From the NCBI GenBank assembly GCA_036785375.1, contig JAWMAR010000780.1, forward strand, positions 1 to 64,000: a stretch of 64,000 bases of DNA. The letters are read 5' to 3'. The notes under the pieces were generated by a model, which worked only from the letters and a program-made list of their open reading frames with translations, made no database searches and was not told where the DNA came from. The translations under genes were made by a program, and so were the position numbers. This stretch comes from Leucoraja ocellata (taxonomy: Eukaryota). Of this stretch, positions 12,701-26,800 are shown piece by piece; the first letter of the stretch is position 1; each line of letters opens with the position of its first letter.

Positions 12701-15549
12701 ATTAGCCATGTTTGAATGGGTCGAAAGGCCTAATTCTGATCCTTTCACATGACCTGATGACCCAGTCCCCGCTCACCCTCCCTCCTGCCCCGTCCACTGA
12801 TGCGGGGACGCCGCTGGCCGGCTGAGCTCTGACCTGTGATCCCGACACCTCCTCCCGCAGATCGTGGAGCTGGAAGCTCAGAGCGTGGACGTCGGCAAGG
12901 AGAGGGAGCAGAATTCCCGGCTCAGCCAGACTGTGCGGCTGCTGGAGGAGCAGATCAGCGAGAAGGAGCAGGTTGGTACCACCCAGAAAAAAAAACAGGG
13001 GGCTAAGCAACCCTTGCGGGTACAGCAGCGATTCACTCGCCCTCCTTCATAGCAAAAGGATTTGAGTATAGGAGCAGGAAGGTTCTACTGCAGTTGTACA
13101 GGGTATTAGTGAGACCACACCTGGAGTATTGCGTACAGTTTTGGTCTCCTAATCTGAGGAAAGACATTCTTGCCATAGAGGGAGTACAGAGAAGTTTCAC
13201 CAGACTGATTCCTGGGATGTCAGGACTTTCATATGAAGAAAGACTGGATAGACTCGGTTTGTACTCGCTAGAATTTAGAAGATTGAGGGGGGCTCTTATA
13301 GAAACTTACAAAATTCTTAAGGGGTTGGACAGGCTAGATGCAGGAAGATTGTTCCCGATGTTGGGGAAGTCCAGAACAAGGGGTCACAGTTTAAGGATAA
13401 GGGGGAAATCTTTTAGGACCGAGATGAGGAAAACTTTTTTCACACAGAGAGTGGTGAATCTCTGGAATTCTCTGCTGCAGAAGGTAGTTGAGGCCAGTTC
13501 ATTGGCTATATTTAAGAGGGAGTTAGATGTGGCCCTTGTGGCTAAAGGGATCAGGGGGTATGGAGAGAAGGCAGGAACAGGATACTGAGTTGGATGATCA
13601 GCCATGATCATATTGAATGGCGGTGCAGGCTCGAAGGGCCGAATGGCCTACTCCTGCACCTATTTTCTATGTTTCCAGCCTAATGCATTGAAATACAGCG
13701 GGTATTAGTTTTGTGTGGCATCTGTAGGAGTCTGAACTTCCAGGCCCCGTCATTTTAATTCACCCTCCCACTGCCACTCGAACAATGCCCAACGTTAGGT
13801 GAGAGCAGCGGCTCGGCTGCCTTGGCCTATTTCAGGTTAATGATTCTATAGCTGCTGTTCCCTCCTCCAGTCCCTGCATTGAGTCCGAGCCCCTTCCTCG
13901 TATCCATACGCTTGTTGCCTCCCCCATCCCGCCCACTTAACCTTCCTTCGTTCTGATGAAAGGTCATTGATCTCAAACGTTCTGTCCCCCCCCCCCCCGT
14001 CCCCCCGTCCCCCCGTCTTTGCTGCCTGCCGGAGAGGTTGAGAAGGAGTTTCTTCCCAGAGGCCATTCGGACTGTAAACCTATCTCACCAGGGACTAACT
14101 TTACTGAACGTTTTTCCTTCCAATATTTAATATGTAAACGAATATGTGTGGCTTTATAGTTTGTTTGGTTGTTTGTTTGTTTGTCTTTTTGCACAAAGTC
14201 CGCGAGCATTGCCACTTTTCATTTCACTGCACATCTTGTATGTGTATGTGACGAATAAACTTGACTTGACTTGACTTGGGTTCAGTGTTCCTGGTATTGT
14301 TTCGTTTCTGACTTCCAGTCCCGCGCTGCCTATTGACACCACTTGGAAAAACCTCTACACCCCACGTGTCCGGCCGACAACTCGGGGCTGGGAGGAGGAA
14401 TTTTGTTTTCACCTGCAGGTGATTGGAGTCTGGATCACACAGCCCGAGGGGGTGATAGAGGCAGGGAGACTCAACGTTGACTTGTATGGTCGGTATGGAA
14501 ATAGTGGGCTGAATGGCCTGTTACTTTGCACGAAAATCCCAGTAACCTCTGTTCTTTCCCACAGGAGCTGGAGAGGCTGAGAGCGGAGGTGCAGGTTATC
14601 CCAGGCCTGCTGGAGCAGTGTGAGGGGTTACAGCACCAGCTGCAGGTAAGCAAGGCCAGGTGTGTGGGAGATGTGAGGTGGATGGCAGAGGTAGTGAAGT
14701 GGGGAATCCAGGGGTCTTGCTCGCCCCAACCCTGCCAGCACCCGCTCATCTTCTGGTCCCTGCCGCTTGGACTGACCAATCCATCATTTATCCAATGTCT
14801 GCCGAAACACCCACTTATGTGTTTACTAGTTGGGACAATTTAGTTTTTAGCTTGGAGATACAGCATGGAAATAGGCCCTTTTGCTGTTCTATCACCTGTT
14901 CAGACTTGTTCCATGTTAATCCACTTTCTTATTCACTCCCATGGGATAATTAACCTGTAAAGCCGGCACGCCTTTGGGATGTGGGAGGAAACTAGAGCAT
15001 CCGGCTGAACGTGTAAACTCCACACAGACACAGCACCTGAGGTCGGGATTAAACCCGGGTCTCTGGCGCTGTGAGGCAGCAACTCCATAAGCTTCACCAC
15101 CTCCATAAATAAATCCGGGTTACGAACAGTTCTCAGGAACGGAATCCTGTCACCCACTCACGGTCTGCCCAGAATTGGTAGGCTGAAGGACTTGTGGTGT
15201 GTGGTTCTGTGTCTAACTTCCATGCTGTGGAAGCATTGCCTCTACACGTGGTTTAGATACAATGGGAGCAGTTATACACAGCCTGGGTACCACACATAAT
15301 GTGCACCACAGCCCCCTCTCTCTCTCTCTCCATCACTGACATTGTCCTGTGTGTCCACAGAGCGCAGAGAGCACCAACGCAGAGCTGGAGAGCAAGTCCA
15401 AGACGATGAAGTGTAATGTGGAGGAAAGCCATCGGAAGCACGGGAACCTGGTGAAGGAACTCAATACCTTCCTCACGATCCTGGATGGGAAAATTGATGA
15501 GCTTCACGGATTCCGACAGGGACTTGCTAAATTGGGGATGAACAAGTGA
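3738..15549 (+). CDS. HOMER2: Homer scaffold protein 2 (EVH1 + coiled coil), coding exons 2-9; the 5-nt first coding exon (ATG GG) was not found in the window
   Basis: Exons 3738-3894 ([25 protein letters not shown]), 9456-9587 ([33 protein letters not shown]), 9802-9894, 10575-10696, 12325-12475 ([18 protein letters not shown]), 12861-12971, 14565-14645, 15361-15549 ([22 protein letters not shown]). All junctions are AG/GT with matching phases; about 346 aa with ATG GG added. Paralogue assigned from [22 protein letters not shown] residues and adjacency to WHAMM/FSD2. Confidence 0.9.
5660..6830 (-). mobile_element. Cluster of CR1 LINE fragments
   Basis: Antisense CR1 3' end (cctcaactacctcctctggcagcttgttcc) and RT remnant ([20 protein letters not shown] in ORF 6586-6783). 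Confidence 0.75.
7800..9270 (+). mobile_element. Highly decayed CR1 LINE remnant
   Basis: Scattered CR1 ORF2-like pieces (gataaacccccagaccctgatgatctacatccc; gagtccaggagcaaggac) and a CR1 3' tail at about 9130-9270. Confidence 0.55.
10960..11860 (-). mobile_element. CR1 LINE fragments
   Basis: Antisense CR1 tail and ORF2 remnants ([17 protein letters not shown]; [26 protein letters not shown]). Confidence 0.7.
11870..12290 (+). repeat. G-rich low-complexity tract
   Basis: Dense GG/GGG purine-rich sequence with a poly-G run at about 12255-12268. Confidence 0.65.
13049..13672 (+). mobile_element. CR1/HER1-type LINE 3' fragment (RT C-terminus plus 3' UTR)
   Basis: ORF 13094-13588: [48 protein letters not shown], followed by the typical ggccgaatggcctactcctgcacctat tail. 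Confidence 0.9.
14838..15101 (-). mobile_element. tRNA-derived SINE (HE1-like)
   Basis: Same core (gggatgtgggaggaaac..aaactccacacagaca..aaacccgggtctctggcgctgtgaggcagcaactc). Confidence 0.7.
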
Positions 15550-17926
15550 TGAGGGGAGACCCTCAGGGTGGGAATCGTGAGAGGGGACCATTCAAATTCA
15601 GTGGGGGAAGATTCGACACCTGACCCAGATGCTCCACATCTGGCTGCTGCTCTACCTTGACCCGAGGGTCAGCCTCCTGTGAGGGTCAGTCAGGCACAAG
15701 GGTGTTGCTGGTAACACCTACCCTTGATCTGAGTGGCTCCCTGGACCTTAGATGGGTCTGGAGTTGCTCAGCTGAGACTGGCAATGATGTCCCCCACCCC
15801 AAGGACATTCGTGACCAGGTTAGGTATCCAGGAGTTTTGTGTCATTGTTACTAAAACCAGCTATTTTGTAAATTCCAGATTATTAAATGATTTAAAATTG
15901 CACAGCTGCTGTTGTGAGATTTGAACTCTGTCTCTGAATGACTGACTCACAAACTATAATCCTTGAGGTATGGGCACTGATGTGAAACACTGACTGGTCT
16001 GATCCACCCACATTCCCCATTTCCCACAACGTCGGGATAGTTTGCAGTCAATGGCATTGACAGAAGTTCTGTTCCCTGCCTCCCACACACTCTGTGCCCA
16101 TCTGCTATTGAACCAAATATTTTAGATTACTGTAATGTTTAGAGCAACTGGAGAAACTCAGAAGGTCAAGTAGCATCTGTGGAGGGAAAATGGGTGATGT
16201 TTTGGGCTGAGGCCCCTTTCTGGACTGAATCAGTCTGTAGATTTCCCTCCACAGATGACCCATTGAGTTCCTTCAGATGCTTTTTGTCGTTTGTGTCAGA
16301 TTCCATTATCTTGTGCCTCTTGTAATGTTCCATCCTGCTTGGTTTAGGAACAAACACCCATCCAACCCAGAGTTTCAGTTCTCCTTGCCCTTCCTCATTC
16401 AGAACCACACCAGGTCCTGTTTGCTGCCTCTCACTCCAGGCTAACACCTCAGCTCCTCATCTCCAGCCTGTGGTCTACCCCCCACAGCCCAGTTGCAGCC
16501 TCTTGATTGCCCTCAACTTTAATTGCTCTATCATCTTTGTTGGCAGCTTGGGGAATTTCAAGCAGTCTCCCCATCTCCGATGATATCTCTGCTGAGAGGA
16601 AGTCCAATCACAACTTTGTTTTTACATCTGATAAGGGGGCGAGTTGGCAGAAACATGAGTTTCTTCGTGAGACCAGTTTGCCCGTGTTAATGCCAGAGGG
16701 GTCTCCCTGCTGCCTGCCAGAGGACTTGTCAACGCTAGGTCTTCCTTAATTCTTTCCTCTCTAGCCAAAATGCAGCTCTCTTTATTCCTTCCATGGAGAG
16801 GCACAATAGAAGTAACCTCAATGTCTGACAAATAGTCGTACAACGTGGAAACGTCATTCAGCCCAACTCGTCCACGCCAACCAAGACCCATCAAAGATCG
16901 CCCCATTTACCTGCATTGGACCATAATCTCTCTAAAACCTTTTTATCCTTGTACTTGTCCAACTGCCTTTTACTGTTATTGTACTGCCTCAACCACGTCC
17001 ACATACCCACCATCCTCTGTGTGAAAAAGTTGCTCTTCGGGTTCATGTTAAATCTTTGCCTCTCATCTTAAAGCTACGCCCTCTAGTTCTTGCTCCTGGG
17101 TGAAACCCACAAAGTGACAGTGAGAATGTGCACACTCAGCAGAGGTCAGGATTAAACCAGAGGCCCTGGAGCTGGGAGAGAGCATCACCACACGTGGCAC
17201 CACAGAGCTGCCCCTGTGATACCAGCTGTCCACACAGCTCAGAAATCCCAAACACTACTTCCAGGCATTTCCTACAAATGGCCCCAGTGCACATGAAACA
17301 TCTGGAAACTTGCAAAGACAGAGTCTAATGATGGAACAGCATTTGATGGGTTGGAATGCAAAGCTCACCATATGCAATGGGTCATTCTGTCCATCATATC
17401 TGTGCAAGCACACTCCCATTAGCACACACCCCAGCTCCCCATGGTCTTCCCAACGGCTACCCCAAATATTTATACAGCTCACTTCTGAAATCCCAATTCA
17501 AGCTTCCTTCACTGCTAATCCATGGCATGTTTCCAGCTTAGAACTGTGTTGCAATCTGTTCCTTTATCTCTGCCTCTTTTACATCTCAAAGTTTTTTGCA
17601 ATTCAATGACACAAGAACCTTTACTGTTCAAATTCTGCAACAACAGGATGTCACCAGTGCTGCAGACTTTGCGAGTTACACCAATTATTCCATCATCTGG
17701 CACAGGACCAGTGCGTAAATCACATTCTTTTCCCTTCGGGAAGTGTCAAAAGTTTGTTATACTGGGACATCTCAGTTGCTCACTTTATAAATTTGCTGAA
17801 AGAGCTTAAACACTTTATTAACTGCACTGACAACTGGAGAGACAAAGAATACCTCGTACAGCAGATGGTAAAGACTTCCATGAGTAATTGCTTCTCCACG
17901 GCAGGCAGACCTTTGAAGAGCAAAGG

Positions 17927-18046
17927 AATAAAATGTACAATAAATGCTCACAATACAAAAACATTTCCATTATCAAGAGAGCCTTTGAAACAAGAGTATG
18001 CTCTGTAATCATGCCATGGAGTAATAATATTCATATTAAAAATAAA
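17927..18046 (+). terminator. Candidate HOMER2 polyadenylation signal cluster
   Basis: AATAAA at 17927, 17939 and 18041 plus ATTAAA at 18035, about 2.4 kb after the stop codon. Confidence 0.4.
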
Positions 18047-18149
18047 TGGTTGTGAATTTCAGTCATTGATCTGTGCAAAGCATAATAATTTAAGAATATA
18101 TTTGCAGAAGCAGTTCCTGAAAAGACAAACTTCCATAATTAGCTGAGGC

Positions 18150-19085
18150 AAAAAAACAAAACAAGTTGTGGAGGAATACAGCAGGGCAGCAGCATCTGGA
18201 AGGATGTGGACAGATGACGTTTTGAGTCAGGACTCTTCTTCAGATTAATGGAGTAGAGAGGAGAAAGCCGAGGGGTAGGGCTGTGGCAAGAACTAGCAAA
18301 GTGGATTCAAGTGAGGAGTTGATTAGCAAATGATGCAGGTGGAGGAGAGATGGGTGAAAATAGTAACTGAGGCTGGAGGTGAGGGAAATCAAAAATATGC
18401 AAAAGTGGAATCTGATAAGAAAGGATGTGGAGGAAGACAGAACCAGGGGGAGGGAAGGTAGAATTGCTGGAAAAATTGCTGGAGAAACTCAGCGTCGATG
18501 GAGCGAAGTAAATAGGGAACGTTTCGGGCCGAAACCCTACTTCAGGGGGAGGTAAGAGTGTGTGGAAGGGACCAGGAGGGCAAAAGGAAAATAGGGGAAG
18601 AATATGGAGTAGGAGGGGTGGGGAAAATAATTCAGTGATAGCATCAATGAGGGGGAGGGGGGGGTTGGGGTAGTGCGAAGCATGAACGAGAGTGGGGAGA
18701 AACTGGGTATATGAAAGGGCGGAGAGCTACCTGAAATTGGCGAATTCGACGTTCCTGCTGTTGGATTGCAGGCTACCAAATGGTATACAAGGTGCTGTTC
18801 TTCTAGTTGGTGTGTGACTTCAGTCCGGAGTGGTGGAGGTCGAGGCCAGACTAATTAAAATGGCGAGCAACCAGAGTATCCAGCAGGCTCATCTCTTGAC
18901 CATCCCTACCCCTTACCTCTCTACACCAGATTTCTGCCCTCTACTCCATCAGTCTGAAAATGGGTCCTGACTGAAAATGTCATCTGAACATTTCCCTCCA
19001 CTTTGTTGACTGGTCTGCTACGTTCCTCAGCAAGTTTGTTATTTTGCTCACGATTTTAGCGTCTGCAGTCTCTTATGTCTCCATT
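18150..19085 (-). mobile_element. Penelope-like element remnant with inverted ends
   Basis: Antisense GIY-YIG C-terminal remnant (LEEQHL..) near 18740-18810. The 18180-18270 segment is inverted relative to 18925-19030. Confidence 0.6.
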
Positions 19086-20892
19086 TAGTTAACAGGATTA
19101 GCAGTGGTTTATTCACATCAACATTCTGGGAGGAATAATTCTGCAGCAAAGAGTGAAAAGCACAATGCAATATTAGTCTGTTCTCCCTCAGCTATTGTGC
19201 AGTTCTCAATCGGATGAATCTTTTAAATGGCTTTTCAGTTCTTCTTACTAACCACCTTTCTCATGTCCAAACAATATTGGCATCCCTATTCAACTATGGA
19301 GGGCATTACAACCAAATACACAGCCATCATCCAACAAGAGACTGGAACGAAAGACGTTAAACAGCAGCACTGAAAAGGTTGCCTCTGCTTGGGAAGGTTC
19401 CCTTTAAACCCCAGAACCACACACTGGTGTCCCGGTCCTCATCAAACCCAGAGCGGGACTGCTCCCATTGCAAGTACAACGTCAACAGTTCATCGCTCAA
19501 GCATCTTGTGCTGTATTAAATCCAAACAGCCCCTTTCCAGTTTTCAATCAATTATTCTCTTTCCAGACATGCAAGCATTCCGTGGAAGCCCAGCTCACAG
19601 TGGGCAGCAGAGGCAACTGTTTCCATCAAGTTAACTTTCACCAGCTGAAACACTGCTGTTCTGCCTCCTGGTATCGCCATTTCTCCTCACTAACTTGCAC
19701 TAGCCTAATGCCCCAGTACAAATATAAAATCCTCAATCTTGTGTTTAAATCTCACCATAATCACATCCCAGTGCCTTAGAAAAGTGATGCTGTCACTTAA
19801 AGTCACCGCATGCAGCACGTAGGGAGTGCTTTACTGGTGTATGTGATCCCTCGCCAACATCAAACCCAACCCTCACCCTAGGTGAGCTGCATTTAAATTG
19901 CCCTTTATCACTATTCCAATAGCCGGAGCGTTGCCCTGGACCTCTCACAGAATGTGATTAACAGGGGCATTGACAGGTTGCCGTTAGCAGTACCTCGTCA
20001 TAAACAACTTGGCGGCTGCATTTCACACATCACAACTACACACGTTTTCCCCCCAAAAATGTACTGGCTCGGGCTTCAAAGATGAAAAATAGAAGCCTTT
20101 GTTCTTTCCTCATCCTGCCTCCCATGTTTGAAGTGACATTCCTTCTCCAATATTTCTACTACCACGCAACATCAAACGCAGGAGACATACTGTGCCACCC
20201 GCCTGCATCACCATTTAATACCATTGTGGACATCTCCCTTCACCTGCACTTCCCTACCCTGTCCTCAATCACTGGACCTGAAATCAAAATACATGAAAGG
20301 AACTGTAAAAATGAACTCTGTTGGCACAGTGATAATACAAGATCTTGGTTCTTAAAATATTCTCTTAAGTGCAATAGGGATAATCAGGCTTCAAATCAAA
20401 ACCAAGGCAGCTCAGCAAGAATTGGGGAAATGGGGAGCAAGGAAAACAGCCTGAAGGAAGAGTCTACACAAAAGATTAAAACATGTTTGAAGATGCGCAT
20501 GTACGCAGTATCCACACATCACAAGTGTGTATGTTGTGCTAGTATGCAGCAGGGCGAGATCTGATAATGTAAAGGCACAATTCAAATGACTGAATATTGA
20601 TTTTTCTTTATGCCAGAATTGTCTGACTGCCAGTTGGCTGCGATTAAGCACCACGGGTACTTTTGGATGGTCATATTCCAACCTTCACGTGACACTGTGA
20701 ATGTTGTGAGGTTTTGTGGTAGAAGAGCTCACCAATTGGATCCTTCAGCATCAAAACTGGTTGGGTGCGTCATCTGCTACACTTCCATTTCTATTTTGCT
20801 ACAACTGCATTATCCTATCAGCCATTTCAGATGGACTAGATCCAAAGTTGCAGATGAGGTTATTTGCAACAAGTACCAGGCAACAGCCTAGG

Positions 20893-23800
20893 TCAGCTGT
20901 CCCATTCCTCAGCCTGTGCATCTTCGTCGTCATCTTCATCTTCAGATTCCGGAGACACCGTCTTCATCCGTTTCATGGCTGCTTTGATGCTGCGCTCTAA
21001 CTCGGTGGTTGGGTCATTGTTCAAGGGTTGGACAGGGCCTTCTTGGACCTTTCGCAATGGGACACCTCGGCGAATCTCAGCTAACAAATTATCTCGCAAA
21101 CCCACAGGCTTCTCTGCAGACAGCACCTTAGTCCGATCAACCTTCTTAAGCAACACTTCGCCACGCTTTAGTGAAGCCAGCACATCGTCCATGGATCCTG
21201 GAGGGGGAAGGGTTGAGGAATGGTCACTCACAATCTTACTACACCAGTGAATTGCTCAAAAGTTACAATGATATGCAACCTAAAGGGTGGACTTTAAAAA
21301 CATCTATTGTTAAGGGCCATTAAACTTTTATAATTGGTATGGCGGAGGATAGAGGTGGGATTCTTACCCATATTTTCCTTTAGGGATTTCTTTGCTGAAT
21401 TTTCACTGGTGAAGGTGAGTGGCTGTTCTTTCGTGCCTTCTGATGTGCCCTTGCTGCTCAGGAGAACCGGAGGAAGAGGAGGTGGTGGTGGTGGGGGCGG
21501 TGGTGGTGGGGGCGCTGGTGGTGGAAGCATCACTGAAGAGATTGCTCTTGTGTCTGCCTCTCCTGAAGATATTACAGCACCTGACGGGAGGAAGATGTGC
21601 ACTGGAACATTGCTGGAAGACTTGGAGGCTCTGGGTGGCTTTTTGCTGGCAGAGTGCGATGCTGCTGTGTCTTGGTTCTGCACTCTGGAAGTTTGACAAC
21701 GAGGTTTAAATGCAATCTGTCCTGAGGATTTCTGGAATAAAAAAACTTGTTTGTTAAAAATATGCATAAATATAGACTCTGTCACTAAATCCAAATGCAC
21801 ACAAAAAAAATCAGGACAAGCTGTAATGGAACAGTTGTGGTGTTAGTATCGTGGGGGATAGAAGATGGGCTTTCACCCTCAAGTGGGCTGTAATCGATCT
21901 CTACCTCTTTAAAACTACGCAGCCTTAGCAAAGTCTTTTGCCTCTCCATGTTTACCCACTCCCGTCTCCTTATGTTTTCTTCTTTATTCTGGTCATGTTT
22001 CTGTGTAAACATAATTTCATACAGTGTGTTAACAAACAATCTACTGGTAGACATCAACCAAGTTACACTTTGTAATCACTTACCAGCTGAATGCTATGGT
22101 GTTGTCGGAAATTAGCTTCTTCTCCTTGCAACTGCTGCTGCTTAGCTCTTTGTGTTTCTTTACACTCCTCCTGGTGAAGAGAAGATGCCGTTAGGTCCTA
22201 TGGTTGGAAATGATAGACAATGATCAGCCCCCCCTCCCCCCCCCCCAATCATCAGGGATCCTCTAGCGAAGACAGCCCAAATTAACTGGTTCAGCAGGAA
22301 TTGTATGTGAAGCAGGTATATGAGAATATCCCAACATATTGAGCCGTGTTGTATAAGCCTTTGAACCCCATTCCAGAATGCTATATCATTTTGAACACGA
22401 GCTACATTAAAGCTGTTTAATGCAACCATCCCCACATCTATACCTTAGCAGCTGAATGGTGACACAGAGAGATATAGAGGATCTTGATCCAAATATACAT
22501 TGACCTCAGTCGGAAGAAGGGTCCCGACCCGAAATGTCACCTATCCATTTTCTCCAGAGATGCTGCCTGACCCACTGAGTCATTCCAGCATTTTGTGTCT
22601 ATTTTATACGTAGACCTCAGCAGGTTCCACCGGTCCTCTGCACCTTGACAATGAGGGCTTACTGGAATTGTACAGATTCAGCTATTTACACCCAGTTGTC
22701 AAAATAAACCCAACAAAACATCTCAAGAGACTATATTTTAGATAGCTGGCATTGAGTCAGTTTACACCCAGTTTCTTTGGGACTTATCCATGAAACCATC
22801 ACTGTGAATCCTTCACATTTGCAGTTGACTTCCAGAGGAGGCAATGAATAAGATACTCAGTACTGCATTGCTTAATAACCCGGTTGCGTGCCTCATCACC
22901 AGTAGGCCAAGTTCATGTGCCACCACCAACATTGTTCCAGGCAAGAGAGACAACATGTCATCACCCCATCAGCACCATCGTAACAGAGAAGATGATGTTC
23001 TGCTCCAACTGCTGATAAAGCAACTGGAGCAAAAAAATCCCAACACCAAGAAAACAAAGAGGAAACCCTTGAATCACTTTGGCCTGCTTGAAGAGAGAAT
23101 TGGTCACAAGCACTTCACCTAAAGCTCGAAACAATTGCATGCAAAAAATAATATCTTCACAAGGTTTGGTCAGTGGGTGCATTCATATTAATGTTACCCA
23201 ATTTACATGAAAAAATAGTTGCATTGAGGTCCTTCAAATCAAAATGCAAGAAGGGAAAGCAATTGCCACCCTGCAGAGCAATGGAGGTTTCAGCAATTAC
23301 CCGCTTATTCCTCAGGTACGATCGCCGTGAGCAAATGGCACCTCGTTTATTCTCCAGCTGGTGAACTTTATGCAACAACATCTTAATGTCTACCGAGCGA
23401 CTGTCATGTACCAGGCCCATCCCTTCATTGGCCCGAAGCTGCTCAGGGTCTTCACAGGCATCATAGTAAACCACTTCTTCCTCTTTCTCTAGAATTACAA
23501 ATAAAGCCCTCATTAGATGGCAAAAATATAAGGGAGTATTCCAATCAAATGTAATTTAGCTTCTTATTATTTTCGAAGAAACTATTCTTCTGTTTTTGCC
23601 TCCTTTAGGAAGTAACCGCATGTTGTGTCCTCTGGCCTGCTATTGTTGAGTTAGAAAGCTTGGGAACAGTCCCTTCAGCCCAACTCTCCATGCTGACCAA
23701 GATGTCTATCCGAGCTATTCCCCACTGTTTGTTATTGGCATATATCGCTTTAATCCTTCCTTTACATATATATGTGTGCAGATGTTTTTTAAATATCACA

Positions 23801-26800
23801 ATTGTATTCACTTCTACAGCTTCCTCTGGCAACTCATTCCACATTCCCTGTGTTCCATTTAAATCTTTCCCCTCTCACTTTAAACCTATGCCCTCCAGCT
23901 TTAGACTTCACATCCACTTCATCTATGTCCGTTATGATTTTATAAACCTCAATAAGGTCATCCTTCAACCTCTTATGCTCGAAGGAAAATTCCCAGACGA
24001 TCAAGCCTCTGCTAATAACTCAAGCCCTGCAGTCCCAGTAACATTCTTGCAAATCTTTCCTGCAACCTTTTCTGCTTAATGACATCCTTGTTATATATGG
24101 GTGACCAGAATCGCACATAATATTCCAAATGTGGTCGCATCAAAAGGTCACAACTCTGATACTCAATGCACTGACCTGTCTATCCATGTTGCCACTTGCA
24201 GGGATCTATAATGGATCTGTAACCCCAGCTCTCTCTGTACTGCAACACTATCCATGACAATACAACCTGCATTTGGATTGTTTTAGTTGGTGATTGGGTC
24301 CACTTCCCCCTGGTTCGGCACAGTTGTGGATTGAAAAGACAAGGAGCCTCTGCATAACGTGCTTCTTGGCAATTTCATCGCACAGAGCTGTGTGAGGTAT
24401 AGCAAGGCTTAAACTGGAAATCTGGCATTTGTTGTTTGCCCAGCAACAATGCTGGTGACTCGTTCTTCATTCAGTGTTTCGTGATGGATAGTCAACCTCA
24501 AAGCCAGCAGAGCAATAGGCTCTTACTGTGAAGCAAACTTCCTGAAGTAAGTAGGAACAGCAACATAAAGATTTGTGACAGGTATGCAACTCACGAATGA
24601 GCCAGACATTGTCAAGGTGCTGAAAGCATGATGGGAGTTGGGGAGGGGTAAGGTTAGATTGTATGATTTCTATGACTGGAGTTTCATCATTAACAAATTA
24701 TGAGTTAAATATAAAGGTGAAACCTGGCTAAGGTGCATTTGGCTCAACGTGCCTTCGTCTCAAGTAAACCTCTGTTTAAAGGAAGAAATCCTGATTTATT
24801 GGCCTTGCATTAGTGGGATCTGAACCATCAATGCCTCATTTGCCTGGCACTGGAACCACAACCCAAAAGAAAAATCGGGCCGCTGATTTTGCTGTCAACC
24901 CATGTATGAGGAGAGGGGTCATGGCGAATTTTTAAAAGAATCCAAATCTAAATTATACTATTTGATAAGGGGTTTGACCAGAGTTAGTGCCCCAAAGTAG
25001 CAAGCCTCACTCTTCCTCTGGTGATAACCACAGCCACCAAAGCATTGGCCGATACTCTCTCATCAACCACTCTACAGATGAGATGATGAACACATGCCTT
25101 ATTCTATAGTTGACACTACTTTAGATCCAAGCAACTGCCGGTTTTCTGACTTGATTGTCCATCAAGCAATACTGAATGAATGTTGCTGAGCACACAACAA
25201 TTGGCAGATTTCCTGTTTAAGCCTTGCTGTACTGCAAGTATTTGTGAGTAAAGAGATTGCCATGGGCGGTGGACCACCTTAGGTAGGCATACTCTTCTGG
25301 CCTGCACAACATTCTTCACTGCATCAGGTATTGGCTCTTTGTTTCCAACTCTTAATACTAGTGGTAACCCTTACCTCAGGAATATCTACAAATTGTAACA
25401 GGTGAATGAATGGGCTGGCTGGAATAAACCAACCCAATTCACTGTAGTACAGATGGGAATGATGAACAGCCACTTACCCCTGGCTTCACGTCGAAGGGTG
25501 TCCAGCTGAGCGACAACCAGCAGCTCCTCATATTTTAACGTTTCAAGTTGAATGTTGTACAACTCCAGCTGAGTTTCATAATACTGCATTTCTAACTCAT
25601 CCACCATCGTCACTGCTTTCCTGGTGTCAAGATGCGCCATCTAAGTTCAAAGAGAGTTTTACTAAAGTATTTGGCAAGCTGCAGAGGGCAGTTTTTTTAA
25701 GCAGGACTGGCTGCAGGCATGTTACCTTGTACTGAATCTGCGTTTTCTTGCGCTTCAAACACAGCTCTTTTGCCCGGGTGTATTGTAAAGTTTCCTTCGC
25801 AAACATGAACCTCAAATTCTCCTGTCTGGGTGCCACACTGGCCCAGGCAGCTTTGCCAAAGTGAGTTCGATCTTCTTCCATCCGTTTCTGCATAGCTGCA
25901 GAATAAAAAAATCATGAGAAACATTAGCTAGCTGTATCAGTGTGTAACTTACTTTTGTAATCTATGTTTCCTTGGATCAAATCAACTGGATCAGGGCAGA
26001 GCTTAAAGGTGAGAGGGGCAAAGTTTAAAGATGATGTGTGGGGCAAGTAATCTTTACACAGAGAGGGATGGGTTTCTGGAACTTGCTGCTAGGTGTGGTG
26101 GCGGAGGCAGAAAATATTGTGCCTTTTAAGAGGCTTTTAGAAAGGAACATGGATACGCATGGAATGGAGAGATATGGATCATGTGTAGGCAGACGAGATT
26201 TGTTTATCTTGTATCATGATCAGCACAGACATTGTGGCGAAGGAACTGTTCCTGTGTTATACTTTGCTATTTTCCATGAACAAATTAAGATACCTTGCTT
26301 AGATAGGTCACAAAGTGAGTAGACCCCCTACACAAGACCCCAAGAATAAGGAAATCACAATGCAGATGGTCCAAGTCCATTCCTCCTATGTGAGCTCCTT
26401 AACTCAGCTTGCATTTTAAGTTCTCGTTACTGGGCTTCTATCAGAGCCCAAAACAACCCACTCGTTTTTCTATTCTTAAATAACTACAGATGGGCTGACT
26501 GTTTCAGATCACAACAGATGCATAAAACACAATCCAACTCTTTCTTTATAGGTACCAGGATCTCCAAATTATTGTTCCAGCGTGCATCACATGCCCCACA
26601 TTTCTGTGAGCAATGGTCTCTTCACTTGCAACTTCAGTACAATGGGACTGAGACAGGCTCACTCCACCTGTAGTTTGGTCTGGTTCTCTAAAATTCAACC
26701 CTCTTTATTTAAGGGACAGAAGTTTAGGGGTAACATGAGGGGGAACTTCTTTACTCAGAGAGTGGTAGCGGTGTGGAATGTGCTTCCAGTGGATGCGGTG

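Noticed and set aside
20082-20564. 160-aa ORF between HOMER2 and WHAMM
   Set aside because: No recognisable domain or coding bias; likely a chance ORF antisense to the WHAMM 3' UTR.
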